DNA from: Candidatus Amphirhobacter sp.
Lineage (GTDB): Bacteria; Pseudomonadota; Gammaproteobacteria; Tethybacterales; Tethybacteraceae
Assembly (NCBI GenBank): GCA_965222035.1
Contig: OZ244940.1
Span: 899,015 to 963,014, forward strand
Direction of reading: 5' to 3'
Length of the DNA: 64,000 nt
How positions within the stretch are numbered: position 1 is the first letter of the stretch; each line of letters begins with the position of its first letter. The notes beneath the pieces are model-generated. The model did not search any database and was not told the DNA's origin. It saw nothing but the letters and a program-made list of their open reading frames with translations. A program made the position numbers and the translations under genes. This document shows positions 39,539 to 48,379 of the stretch, piece by piece.

Positions 39539-41350
39539 ATGAACGAGAAGAAAGACCAGGACGATCCAAGTTTCAGCGACGAGCTGAAGAAGACCTTCGA
39601 AAGCGCCAAGGAACGCCTGCGGGATGTCCCGGAGAGCGTCAAGCAAGTCGCGGACAAAACAGGCGAACTTGCCAAGGAAGGCTTCGACAGCCTGAAGCAA
39701 AAGACGACCGAGGTAGCCGCCCAGGCTAAGGAAAGCGTCCCGGATGTCCCTGAAAGCGTGAAGCAGGTCGCGGACAAGACAGGCGAGCTTGCCAAGGAAG
39801 GCTTGAGCAAAATCAGCGATGCCGCTTCTGAGACTGGAGCGCGAGCCAAGGAGAGCGTCCAGGAGCTCGGATCAGACCTGCAGCAGGCCGCGGGCAAAAC
39901 GGGAGAACTCGCCAAGGAGGGCTTCGACAGCTTGAAACACAAAACGGCTGAGACCGCCGCTCAAGCCAAAGAGGGAGTACATAAGCTAGGTGAGACAGCC
40001 GCCGAAACCGCCGCCCAGGCCAAGGAACGCGTCCAGGAGCTCGGTTCAGACCTGCAGCAGGCCGCGGGCAAGACAGGCGAGATCGCCAAGGAAGGCTTCG
40101 GCAGCTTGAAACACAAGACGGCTGCGACCATCGCTCAAGCCAAAGAAGGAGTACATAAACTGGGCGAGACAGCCGGTGAAACCGCCGCCCAGGCCAAGGA
40201 ACGCGCCCAGGAGCTCGGTTCAGACCTGCAGCAGGCCGCGGGCAAGACAGGCGAAATCGCCAAGGAAGGGATGCATAAGCTGGGTGAGACAGCTGCCGAA
40301 GCTAGTGCTCGAGCCAAAGAACGAGCCCAGGAGCTCGGCTCAGACCTGCAGCAGGCCGCAGGCAAAACAGGCGAGATCGCCAAGGAAGGCTACGACAGTC
40401 TGAAGCATAAAACAGCCGACACAGCTGCCCAAGCCCAGGAGCGCATGCATGATGTCGGCGAAGGCGTGAAGCGAGCCGCAAGCGAAACGGGCACCTCCGC
40501 CAAAGAGGGCATGAACAAGGTGGGAGAAGCCGCCGCCCGAGCGCAGAAAAACGTACGGCAAAAGCTGCTTGACATCCTATCCGCACCGCTTCGTTTGTTG
40601 TCTGCCACGAAGACAGCTGCCGGCGAGGCTGGCGCCTCCGTCAAGGAAGGCATCAGCAAGGTTGGGGAAGCAGCTGCTCAAGCAAAGGAGCGCATGCGAT
40701 GGAAGTTGTATGGCATCATAGCCATACCGCTGCTGTTCTTCATGACGATGGCCATCGTATTCGCGAACCCTTGGGCGTGGATAGCACTCGGTGTCATGAT
40801 CATCGGGTTGCTGTCCTGGTGGCACATAAGGAAGAATGTCAGCAAAGAGGAGTTGAAACACGCATGGGTGAGCACGCGAGAAATATTGTACCGCCTCATT
40901 ATGTTTCTTTCATCGGCCTTCGTTATCGCCATCATGTGGAATTCAGGTGTGGCACCGGCATGGGCAATGGCGATACCCGAAAAACTAAATTCCATCCCTC
41001 TTCTGTTCTTGTTTGTAGTAGCTGTGATGCTGCTAGTTGCTGCGCTCTTCCACCAATACATCATGCGCCCGGCACGCTTGTTCTGGCAGAAAGCAGTGGC
41101 TTGGTTAGGAGCTAACGGGCCTGTGATCATAATCTTATTGTCGCTGGTGGTCTTGGTTGCTTTGCTATTGCAGTACTTTTTTACTGACGCTGAAATTAGC
41201 TGGCAAGGTTTTGGGACATGGTTGACCGAGCCGCTCCGGTTCGGAACATTTATGCTAATTGGCTGCTTCTTGATCCTGCTCTGGATGCTTTTCATCCAGC
41301 TTATCCTGCGCCCGCTGCGCCGCCTCAGGCACAAAGCAAAGGCGCAGTAA
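39539..41350 (+). CDS. LEA/apolipoprotein-like repeat protein with C-terminal multi-pass membrane domain
   Basis: Repeats ELGSDLQQAAGKTGE.AKEG (x4) and DVPESVKQVADKTGELAKEG (x2); ~6 TM at C-terminus. Confidence 0.75.
   Translation: MNEKKDQDDPSFSDELKKTFESAKERLRDVPESVKQVADKTGELAKEGFDSLKQKTTEVAAQAKESVPDVPESVKQVADKTGELAKEGLSKISDAASETGARAKESVQELGSDLQQAAGKTGELAKEGFDSLKHKTAETAAQAKEGVHKLGETAAETAAQAKERVQELGSDLQQAAGKTGEIAKEGFGSLKHKTAATIAQAKEGVHKLGETAGETAAQAKERAQELGSDLQQAAGKTGEIAKEGMHKLGETAAEASARAKERAQELGSDLQQAAGKTGEIAKEGYDSLKHKTADTAAQAQERMHDVGEGVKRAASETGTSAKEGMNKVGEAAARAQKNVRQKLLDILSAPLRLLSATKTAAGEAGASVKEGISKVGEAAAQAKERMRWKLYGIIAIPLLFFMTMAIVFANPWAWIALGVMIIGLLSWWHIRKNVSKEELKHAWVSTREILYRLIMFLSSAFVIAIMWNSGVAPAWAMAIPEKLNSIPLLFLFVVAVMLLVAALFHQYIMRPARLFWQKAVAWLGANGPVIIILLSLVVLVALLLQYFFTDAEISWQGFGTWLTEPLRFGTFMLIGCFLILLWMLFIQLILRPLRRLRHKAKAQ
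39620..40440. repeat. Intragenic tandem repeats (120- and 174-bp periods)
   Basis: CAGGAGCTCGG.TCAGACCTGCAGCAGGCCGC at 39860, 40034, 40208, 40328; GATGTCCC unit at 39623 and 39743. Confidence 0.9.
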
Positions 41351-41545
41351 AAGATTGCAGAGAAGGATTGAAAAAACGTGCCGGATTGGATCGTAAACTG
41401 CGTTCGCATGGCTATGTTGCCCTGCTCTGGCATACTGTCCACTGGATGTCATTGGCACAGCGGCGCAAGGCTGGCTAGCAGGGGCTGGAAGGCTCGAAAA
41501 ACGGCACGATTCCCGGCCATCGCCTGGTAAAATTACCTACGCAAT

Positions 41546-42736
41546 ATGCGCGCCAAAGTCCTGCTGGTAATCTTCCTCACGCTGGCCGTCCTGCTCGGCC
41601 TGCTGTGGCTGCACTTCACCTACCTCAACCGCACCATCGAGATCAGCCTCGATGACGCGGTCGGAGGACAGTTCTTGCTGACCTCCAATCTCGGTCTGGT
41701 CTCACTCAGCATGGTGATCGGCAGCATCGTACTGCTGGTCGCATGGAAACTCTTCTACCTGCTCGCTTTCCTGCCAATGCATTTGCGCCATTGGAACAAC
41801 CGGCGCAAGGAACGCAAGCGCCTGCAGAATATCGGCGCGGGCCTGCAAGCTATGGTGGTCGGCGATATAGAGGAGCAGCGCAAGAACTTCAACGCCGTCG
41901 CTGATGCCGGCGTCGCGCCCGCCGCTTTCTACTATATGGCCGCCTCGGCCGCCACCGAAGAGGCTAAGCGGCGCAGCCTGCTCAAGAAAGCAGCCGGCGC
42001 TGAAGGCGATCCCATGATCCAGGCTATGGCGACCGCCCGGCTGCGGCTCAACGCCAATATGCCCGGCGAGGCCGCTGAAGTCCTGCGCGTCGCTGGCGCC
42101 GCTACCGCCAAGGCTAGCCACCCGCTCGCCCTGCTGCTCGAAGCCTGTGAGAAATCCGGTGATATCCGCAGCGCCCTGGATGTCGCCCAAACCCTGCTCG
42201 AGCGCAGCCCCTCGCCCTCGCCGCCGCTGCAGCGCCGCATCGGCCGGCTCGCCGGCGAACTGCTCAAGAATGAAGGCAACCCTGAGGCTATCCACGGCCT
42301 GATCGGGGCCGAGCGCAAGTCGCACCCCTCCTCACCCGTTTCCATCGCCCTCGCCGCAGCCCAGCGCCTCGCCGCCGTCAATGATGAGAAAAGAGCGTCC
42401 AATGTCCTCAGCCAGGCATGGAACCAAAGCCAGGATACCGAGGTTCTCGAAGCTATCGCTAAATACGGCTCGAGCGAGCTGGTGCGCAAGATCCTCGAGC
42501 AGTCAGATGAACTGCTGCGTACCCGGAGCGATGATATCGGCTTGATGTGCGCCCTCGCCGACCTCGCCGTGCGCGAGCAGATCTGGGGCCAGGCGCGCAA
42601 GCTGCTCCAGGATGCCCTGCGCATCAAGGAAGCGCGCAAGGTCTACCTGCGCCTCGCCAAGCTCGCTGAGAGCGAGGGCAAGTCGAACGATGAGAGCAAC
42701 CGGCTGTTCCGCCTGGCTGCCCAAGCCAGCGACTAG
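41546..42736 (+). CDS. hemY: HemY-like TPR membrane protein
   Basis: Two N-terminal TM helices, TPR-like body, C-terminal WGQAR..L; synteny with hemCDX. Confidence 0.7.
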   Translation: MRAKVLLVIFLTLAVLLGLLWLHFTYLNRTIEISLDDAVGGQFLLTSNLGLVSLSMVIGSIVLLVAWKLFYLLAFLPMHLRHWNNRRKERKRLQNIGAGLQAMVVGDIEEQRKNFNAVADAGVAPAAFYYMAASAATEEAKRRSLLKKAAGAEGDPMIQAMATARLRLNANMPGEAAEVLRVAGAATAKASHPLALLLEACEKSGDIRSALDVAQTLLERSPSPSPPLQRRIGRLAGELLKNEGNPEAIHGLIGAERKSHPSSPVSIALAAAQRLAAVNDEKRASNVLSQAWNQSQDTEVLEAIAKYGSSELVRKILEQSDELLRTRSDDIGLMCALADLAVREQIWGQARKLLQDALRIKEARKVYLRLAKLAESEGKSNDESNRLFRLAAQASD

Positions 42737-42777
42737 CCAGCCCCCTCGCCCAGCCCCGGGACCCCGGGGCCTGCCCG

Positions 42778-44859
42778 TCAGACGTTGTAGCGCCGCTCCA
42801 GCGCCTGGTAGTCGTACTTGCCGCTGCCGAGCAGCGGGAAGTCCTCTTCTGACAGGTATACGACATCCTGCGGGATCCATAGCGGCGGAAAACCCGCTTC
42901 CTGCAACGCAGCCGCGACATGCTCCTGGTTGATGCTCAGGTCCTCTGAGACCACTAAGAGGCGCTCGCCCTTGGCCTCGTCGGGCAGCGCAATGACCGCG
43001 ATCAAACCGTCTTCCTTCAGCTTGCCCAGCTCGTTCTCGATGCGGCCCATCGGCACCATCTCGCCCGCGACCTTCGCAAAGCGCTTGTGGCGCCCCACGA
43101 TGTAGACATAGCCGTCCTTGTCGATGTTGACCACGTCGCCGGTGTCGTACCAGCCGTCCGGCGGCGCCTGCAGCACTCCCGGCTGGTCCGGCAACAGATA
43201 CCCCAGCATCACGTTCGAACCCTTGAGCACCAACGTACCGCCCGCGTCAATGCCTTCCTGGGGCTGCAGCCGGACCTCGATGTCCGGCAACACCAGCCCG
43301 ACCGAACCTTTGCGATTGGCGAAGGGAGTGCTGATGCATACGCCCGGCGACGCTTCGGTCACGCCATAGCCCTCGTAGATTTTCATCTCCAGCTTCTCAT
43401 CCCATATCTTGCGCACGCTGCCCCGCAGCTTCTCGCCGCCAGCGATCAGCAGCCGCAGCGATTTCATCTGCTCGATCTCGTCCTCCTGGATCTCCTTGGC
43501 GTAACGCCCGAGGAAAGTTCCGGTCGAGAAGAGGCAGCTGATCTTCTTGTCGGCTATCAACTCAACGATGCCGCGGTAATCAAGCGGCGTCGGGTACTGC
43601 CACACATGCACGCCCCGCGCGATCGGCAGCAGCGTCCCGCCCATCAGGCCGAAGGAGTGGAAAGACGGCAAGGTGTTGAGCAGCTGCTCGTCGTTCTGGA
43701 CATCCAGCCGGGCCAGGATCTGATAGATGTTGCTGCAGATGTTGCTTTGCGACAGCGCCACGCCCTTGGGCGGACCCTGGGAGCCCGACGTGAACAGCAC
43801 CACCGCCTCATTGTCCAAGGTCAGGTCGCTGCCCGGCATGTCCGCGCTGATCTTGTCCATGTTGCGCGACTTGAACCACGCGAGGGCCTTGGTCTTGATT
43901 GACATGAACTGGCGGATGTCTTCCAGGAACGCAACTTTGATGTTGGCCGCGAACAGCGCGTCGTTCGCGGCGCTGGCCGGGATGGAATTCTCCAGCAGCG
44001 GACGCACCGTGTAGACCGTGGAGACCTCCGTGGCCGCACAGCACGCGACGACGTTCTCGGCGCCAGACGTGAAATTGATGATCGCTGGCACCAGGCCCGC
44101 GAACTGGCACGCGTAAAAAGCCTGCATGAACGCCCGGGACGAAGGCAGCATCAGGCCGACGCGCTCGCCAGGCTTGTGCTTCTTGCCGAGCTCCAGTCCC
44201 AGGGCGTAGGAACTCTGGATCAACTGCCGGTAAGTGAGCTTCGCCGGCGGCTTCGTCTGCGAGACGATCACCTTGTCCAAGCCATGGCGATTGGCCGCGT
44301 CGAACAACACCTGAAGCAAGGAACGGCCATGGTCGAAGATGTGGAATTCAGCCATCTCGAGCACGTTGCGCAGGAAAATGGAGTCGTCGACCTGGTCCTC
44401 GCCCGGCGGCGGCGCCGTTACCGCCGGCGCGGCGACGACGCGCAGATCCGGATGATCCGCTCCTCCGGTCTCCACGCCGATGCCCAGCATCACCCCGTTG
44501 GTGAAGGTACGCGCTAGTTTCACCGCTAGCGGATGGACCTCCTGGATGCCCGGCCGGCCGGTCGCATGCCGCTCCGGGAACATCACGATGTGCGTACCCC
44601 CTTGGAACTTCTCCGTGATGGCCGCTTCAATCTCCTGCTGGTCAGCGTCGAAATCGACCTGGACAAAATCGTCTTCCTTGGAGAATTTGTGGGACTGGCC
44701 GACGATGCTGTCGCCCTTGTCGAGCACAAAGCATTTCTTCCCCGGCAGGGTGGTAGAGAGGGTCAGGGCCTCGGCGAAGGAGCGGTAATTGGCGACAATC
44801 ACCGCTGAGGAGTTCAGCTCCTCGTAATTGCGCAAATCGATATGTTGTTCTGCCGGCAT
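42778..44859 (-). CDS. Aas-like acyl-ACP synthetase with degenerate acyltransferase domain
   Basis: FTSGSQG.PKG, EGYGVTE, YDTGD, RFAKVAGEM; N-terminal PlsC-like remnant. Confidence 0.85.
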   Translation of the reverse strand: MPAEQHIDLRNYEELNSSAVIVANYRSFAEALTLSTTLPGKKCFVLDKGDSIVGQSHKFSKEDDFVQVDFDADQQEIEAAITEKFQGGTHIVMFPERHATGRPGIQEVHPLAVKLARTFTNGVMLGIGVETGGADHPDLRVVAAPAVTAPPPGEDQVDDSIFLRNVLEMAEFHIFDHGRSLLQVLFDAANRHGLDKVIVSQTKPPAKLTYRQLIQSSYALGLELGKKHKPGERVGLMLPSSRAFMQAFYACQFAGLVPAIINFTSGAENVVACCAATEVSTVYTVRPLLENSIPASAANDALFAANIKVAFLEDIRQFMSIKTKALAWFKSRNMDKISADMPGSDLTLDNEAVVLFTSGSQGPPKGVALSQSNICSNIYQILARLDVQNDEQLLNTLPSFHSFGLMGGTLLPIARGVHVWQYPTPLDYRGIVELIADKKISCLFSTGTFLGRYAKEIQEDEIEQMKSLRLLIAGGEKLRGSVRKIWDEKLEMKIYEGYGVTEASPGVCISTPFANRKGSVGLVLPDIEVRLQPQEGIDAGGTLVLKGSNVMLGYLLPDQPGVLQAPPDGWYDTGDVVNIDKDGYVYIVGRHKRFAKVAGEMVPMGRIENELGKLKEDGLIAVIALPDEAKGERLLVVSEDLSINQEHVAAALQEAGFPPLWIPQDVVYLSEEDFPLLGSGKYDYQALERRYNV

Positions 44860-44886
44860 GGTTCTGTTTCTCCTTCAGGTAATATT

Positions 44887-45942
44887 CTAGTGGTCCAACT
44901 CGCCGGCTGCGTAGCGCTGCGCCATCGCCGCGAGCGGCACCGGCTTGAGCTTGGCCGCCTGGCCGGCGGTGCCGAAGGCCTCGAAGCGCCCGGCGCAGAC
45001 CTCGGTCATCTTGGCCTTGGCCGGCTTGTTGAACTTGCGCGGATCGAATTCGCGGGGGTTCTCCTGCGCGAACTTGCGGTACTGCCCGGTCACCGCCATG
45101 CGGCAGTCGGTGTCGATATTGACCTTGCGCACGCCGTGCTTGATGCCCTCGACGATCTCAGCCACCGGCACGCCCCAGGTCGGCGGCATCTCGCCGCCGT
45201 GGCTGTTGATGATCTCCTGCAGGTCCTCGGGGACCGACGAAGAGCCGTGCATCACCATGTGGATGGACGGCAGGCGCTGGTGGATCTCCTTGATGGTGTC
45301 CATCGACAGGATCGCGCCGTCGGGCTTGCGCGTGAACTTGTAGGCGCCGTGGGAAGTGCCGATGGCGACGGCTAGCGCATCGACCTGGGTGGCCTTGACG
45401 AATTTCTCGGCCTCGGCCGGATCGGTCAGCAGCCGGTCGCGGCCGAGCTTGCCGGTCGCGCCGTGGCCGTCTTCCTGCTCGCCCTCGCCGGTCTCCAGCG
45501 AACCCAGGCAGCCGAGCTCGCCCTCGACCGAGACGCCGACCATGCGCGCCATCTCGACCACCTTGCGGGTGACCTCCTCGTTGTAGCCGTAGTCCGCCGG
45601 GCTCTTGGCGTCCTCATGCAGCGAGCCGTCCATCATCACGCTGGTGAAGCCGTTGCTGATCGCCGACAGGCAGGTCGCCGGGCTGTTGCCGTGATCGAGA
45701 TGCATGCACACCGGGACGTCCGGATGGGTCTCGACCGCCGCGAGCAGCAGATGCTTGAGATAGCTGTCGCCAGCGTACTCGCGGGCGCCGCGGCTGGCTT
45801 GGATGATCACCGGCGATTCGGTCTGGGCCGCGGCCTGCATGATCGACTGGACCTGCTCGAGGTTGTTGACGTTGAACGCCGGCACACCGTAGGAGTGCTC
45901 GGCAGCATGGTCGAGCAGTTGTCGCAAAGATACGAGAGCCAT
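44887..45942 (-). CDS. fba: Fructose-bisphosphate aldolase class II
   Basis: [33 protein letters not shown]. Confidence 0.95.
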   Translation of the reverse strand: MALVSLRQLLDHAAEHSYGVPAFNVNNLEQVQSIMQAAAQTESPVIIQASRGAREYAGDSYLKHLLLAAVETHPDVPVCMHLDHGNSPATCLSAISNGFTSVMMDGSLHEDAKSPADYGYNEEVTRKVVEMARMVGVSVEGELGCLGSLETGEGEQEDGHGATGKLGRDRLLTDPAEAEKFVKATQVDALAVAIGTSHGAYKFTRKPDGAILSMDTIKEIHQRLPSIHMVMHGSSSVPEDLQEIINSHGGEMPPTWGVPVAEIVEGIKHGVRKVNIDTDCRMAVTGQYRKFAQENPREFDPRKFNKPAKAKMTEVCAGRFEAFGTAGQAAKLKPVPLAAMAQRYAAGELDH

Positions 45943-46029
45943 ATTATTAACAGCCTGTAATTTTACCGAAAACCGACCGCTGACCGCCCTGCGGCCGGTC
46001 AGGCTAGCAAGGGGGGGGGTAGCGAGCCT

Positions 46030-47526
46030 TTATTCATCGCCCTGCGCGGCATATGCGAGGGCGGCCTGGACGGCTCGGCTCCACCGCTCCAGGCGCTGCG
46101 CGCGGACCTCGGCGGCCAGCGCCGGGGTGAAGCTGCTCCCCTCGACGCGCAGCTTGCCCATCTCCGCCATGGAGCCGTATTCCCCGGCCTGCAGCCCGGC
46201 CAGGAAAGCCGCTCCCGCCGCGGTGGTCTCGATGTGGCTCGGCCGGCTGACCTCCTGGTCGAGCACGTCGGCCAGGTACTGCGCGAACCAGTCGTTCGCA
46301 GCCATGCCGCCGTCGATGCGCACCGCCTGCGGCGCCAGGCCCTCGGCGCGATAGGCCTCGAGCAGGTCGTGGCTTTGATAGGCGACCGACGCCAGCGTCG
46401 CATGCGCGAGCGTCGCGCGGTCAGTGTCCAGCGTCATGCCGACGATGGTCCCGCGCGCCGCCGGGTTCCAATGCGGAGCGCCCAGGCCGGTGAAGGCGGG
46501 TACCAGGTACACCTGCGCATCGGCCGGGGCCTGGGCCGCGAGCTCGGCGGTCGCGGCGGCATTGTCGATGACGCCGATCTTGTCGCGCAGCCACTGGACC
46601 GCGGCGCCGGCGATGAAGATCGAGCCCTCGACCGCATAGGCGCTGCGGCCGCCCACCCGGTAGCCGACGGTCCCCAGCAGCCCGCTGCCCGGAATCAGGG
46701 GCTCGGCCCCGCCTTGGACGATGACGAAGCAGCCGGTCCCGTAGGTCGACTTGGCCTCGCCCGGCTCGAGGCAGTTCTGGCCGATGGCGGCCGCCTGCTG
46801 GTCGCCGGCGATGCCGCCGATCGGGATGCGCAGGTCGCCGATCTCGGCGACGCCGTAGTCGGAGGCGTTGTCCTTGACCTCGGGCAGGCAGGCGCGCGGG
46901 ACGCCATGCAGCTTGAGCAGCTCGTCATCCCATGCCATGCTCGCGAGGTCGAGCAACTGGGTGCGGCTGGCGTTGGTGACGTCAGAGGCGAAGACTTTGC
47001 CGCCGGTGAGCATCCACACCAAGTAGGCGTCGATGGTTCCGGCGAGGACCTTGCCCTGCTCGGCTTGCTCCATGGAGTTGGTCTCACGCAGCAGCCAGGC
47101 GATCTTGGTCGCGGAGAAATACGGGTCGAGCACCAGGCCGGTCTTGCGCCGCACCAGCTCCAGGGCGCCGTCGCGCTCGAGCTCGGCGCAGCGGTCCGCG
47201 GTGCGACGGTCCTGCCAGACGATCGCGCGGTGCAGCGGCTTGCCGGTCTCCTTATCCCACAGCAGCACGGTCTCGCGCTGGTTGGTGATGCCGAGGGCGA
47301 CGGCCTGGCCGCCTTGGGCCGTACAGTAATCAGCGGCCTCGCGCAGCACCCGCTGGGCATCGCGCCAGATGTCGGTGGCGTCGTGCTCGACCCAGCCCTC
47401 CTGCGGATAATGCTGCGGGAGTTCGTAGCGACTGATGTGCTCCGGCGCGAGCGTGTCGGCGGCGAAGGCGATGGCCCGGGTGCTGGTCGTGCCCTGGTCG
47501 AGCGCGATGATGTATTTCTTGCCCAT
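46030..47526 (-). CDS. glpK: Glycerol kinase
   Basis: DQGTTS, TNQRET, YFSATK, GDQQ, KSTYGTG. Confidence 0.95.
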   Translation of the reverse strand: MGKKYIIALDQGTTSTRAIAFAADTLAPEHISRYELPQHYPQEGWVEHDATDIWRDAQRVLREAADYCTAQGGQAVALGITNQRETVLLWDKETGKPLHRAIVWQDRRTADRCAELERDGALELVRRKTGLVLDPYFSATKIAWLLRETNSMEQAEQGKVLAGTIDAYLVWMLTGGKVFASDVTNASRTQLLDLASMAWDDELLKLHGVPRACLPEVKDNASDYGVAEIGDLRIPIGGIAGDQQAAAIGQNCLEPGEAKSTYGTGCFVIVQGGAEPLIPGSGLLGTVGYRVGGRSAYAVEGSIFIAGAAVQWLRDKIGVIDNAAATAELAAQAPADAQVYLVPAFTGLGAPHWNPAARGTIVGMTLDTDRATLAHATLASVAYQSHDLLEAYRAEGLAPQAVRIDGGMAANDWFAQYLADVLDQEVSRPSHIETTAAGAAFLAGLQAGEYGSMAEMGKLRVEGSSFTPALAAEVRAQRLERWSRAVQAALAYAAQGDE

Positions 47527-47590
47527 CCGGATGCTATTTTACGCTGTGCTCCCTTGCGGGGTAGGCAGGCCTCAAAGTCCGCATGGCAGA

Positions 47591-47655
47591 GGGCTTGTTT
47601 TGCTGAAAAAGAGGACTATATAACTGGGTAAGCATTCACTCGTAAGGAGAAATGA
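47591..47655 (+). promoter_or_regulatory. 65-bp promoter/RBS block, identical to 48088-48152
   Basis: TTGTTT...TATATAACT and AAGGAG SD; exact duplicate. Confidence 0.8.
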
Positions 47656-47969
47656 CCATGAACAAACCAACCATATCCAACACACACGGCGGCGGCGACC
47701 CCGGCTGGCCTTCCAAGACTGGGGAAGAGAGCGGAGGCGGCAGGAAAAACGCTGTCCGCCGCAAGCCACTCCTGGCCAAGGGCAAAGGCGGCGGCAGAGG
47801 TGGCGGCCGTCCTCACAACGGGCCTTCCACAACCGGACGGCCGAGCGGCAAGGGCCGAGGCAACAACCCGCCGGGCGGCGGTGGCGGCGGCAAAAGCGGT
47901 CCCAACTGGCCTTCCACAACCGGGAATCCGAGCGGCAAAGGCAGGGACAACAACCCGCCGAGCAAGTAG
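47652..47969 (+). CDS. Basic Gly-rich small protein with three PS(T/K)TGxxSGxGRxN motifs
   Basis: Strong SD, own terminator, internal repeats, paralog at 48149. Confidence 0.75.
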   Translation: MTMNKPTISNTHGGGDPGWPSKTGEESGGGRKNAVRRKPLLAKGKGGGRGGGRPHNGPSTTGRPSGKGRGNNPPGGGGGGKSGPNWPSTTGNPSGKGRDNNPPSK

Positions 47970-47995
47970 CTCTGCGCTAACTGCGCAGGCTCTGG

Positions 47996-48035
47996 CCGGA
48001 GACCGGGAATGCCCGGTCTCCGGTTTCGCTGTTTA
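47996..48035 (+). terminator. Intrinsic terminator-like hairpin
   Basis: Perfect 12-bp stem CCGGAGACCGGG-AATG-CCCGGTCTCCGG followed by TTTCGCTGTTT. Confidence 0.75.
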
Positions 48036-48087
48036 AGTACCTAGCCTCCTTGCGCGGGACGCAGGCTGCAGGGCCCGCAAGACAGAG

Positions 48088-48152
48088 GGGCTTGTTTTGC
48101 TGAAAAAGAGGACTATATAACTGGGTAAGCATTCACTCGTAAGGAGAAATGA
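48088..48152 (+). promoter_or_regulatory. 65-bp promoter/RBS block, identical to 47591-47655
   Basis: Exact duplicate. Confidence 0.8.
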
Positions 48153-48304
48153 TTATGATCAAGCTGATTTTGCCTAACCTGCGCGACGACGACGAGGAGG
48201 AGGAGGAGTACTACTACTTCGACGACGACGACGACGAGAATCCCAACTACCCTTCCACGACCGGGAATCCGAGCGGGGGAGGCAGGGGCAACACGCCGAA
48301 GTAA
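48149..48304 (+). CDS. 51-aa acidic peptide with one PSTTGNPSGGGRGN motif (not in ORF track)
   Basis: Hand translation MIMIKLILPNLRDDDEEEEEYYYFDDDDDENPNYPSTTGNPSGGGRGNTPK; same SD and terminator as its paralog. Confidence 0.7.
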   Translation: MIMIKLILPNLRDDDEEEEEYYYFDDDDDENPNYPSTTGNPSGGGRGNTPK

Positions 48305-48333
48305 CAGCCCTGCGCTAGCTGCGCAGACGCTGG

Positions 48334-48373
48334 CCGGAGACCGGGAATGCCCGGTCTCCGGTTTCGCTGTTTA
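48334..48373 (+). terminator. Intrinsic terminator-like hairpin (duplicate)
   Basis: Identical 12-bp stem-loop to 47996-48023. Confidence 0.75.
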
Positions 48374-48379
48374 ATCCGC

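Noticed and set aside
39620-40440. Regular repeats that might be a CRISPR array
   Set aside because: In-frame coding repeats with related intervening sequence; no unique spacers or cas genes
46011-46019. G9 tract between glpK and fba as a phase-variation switch
   Set aside because: Intergenic and upstream of the likely fba promoter elements; no evident consequence
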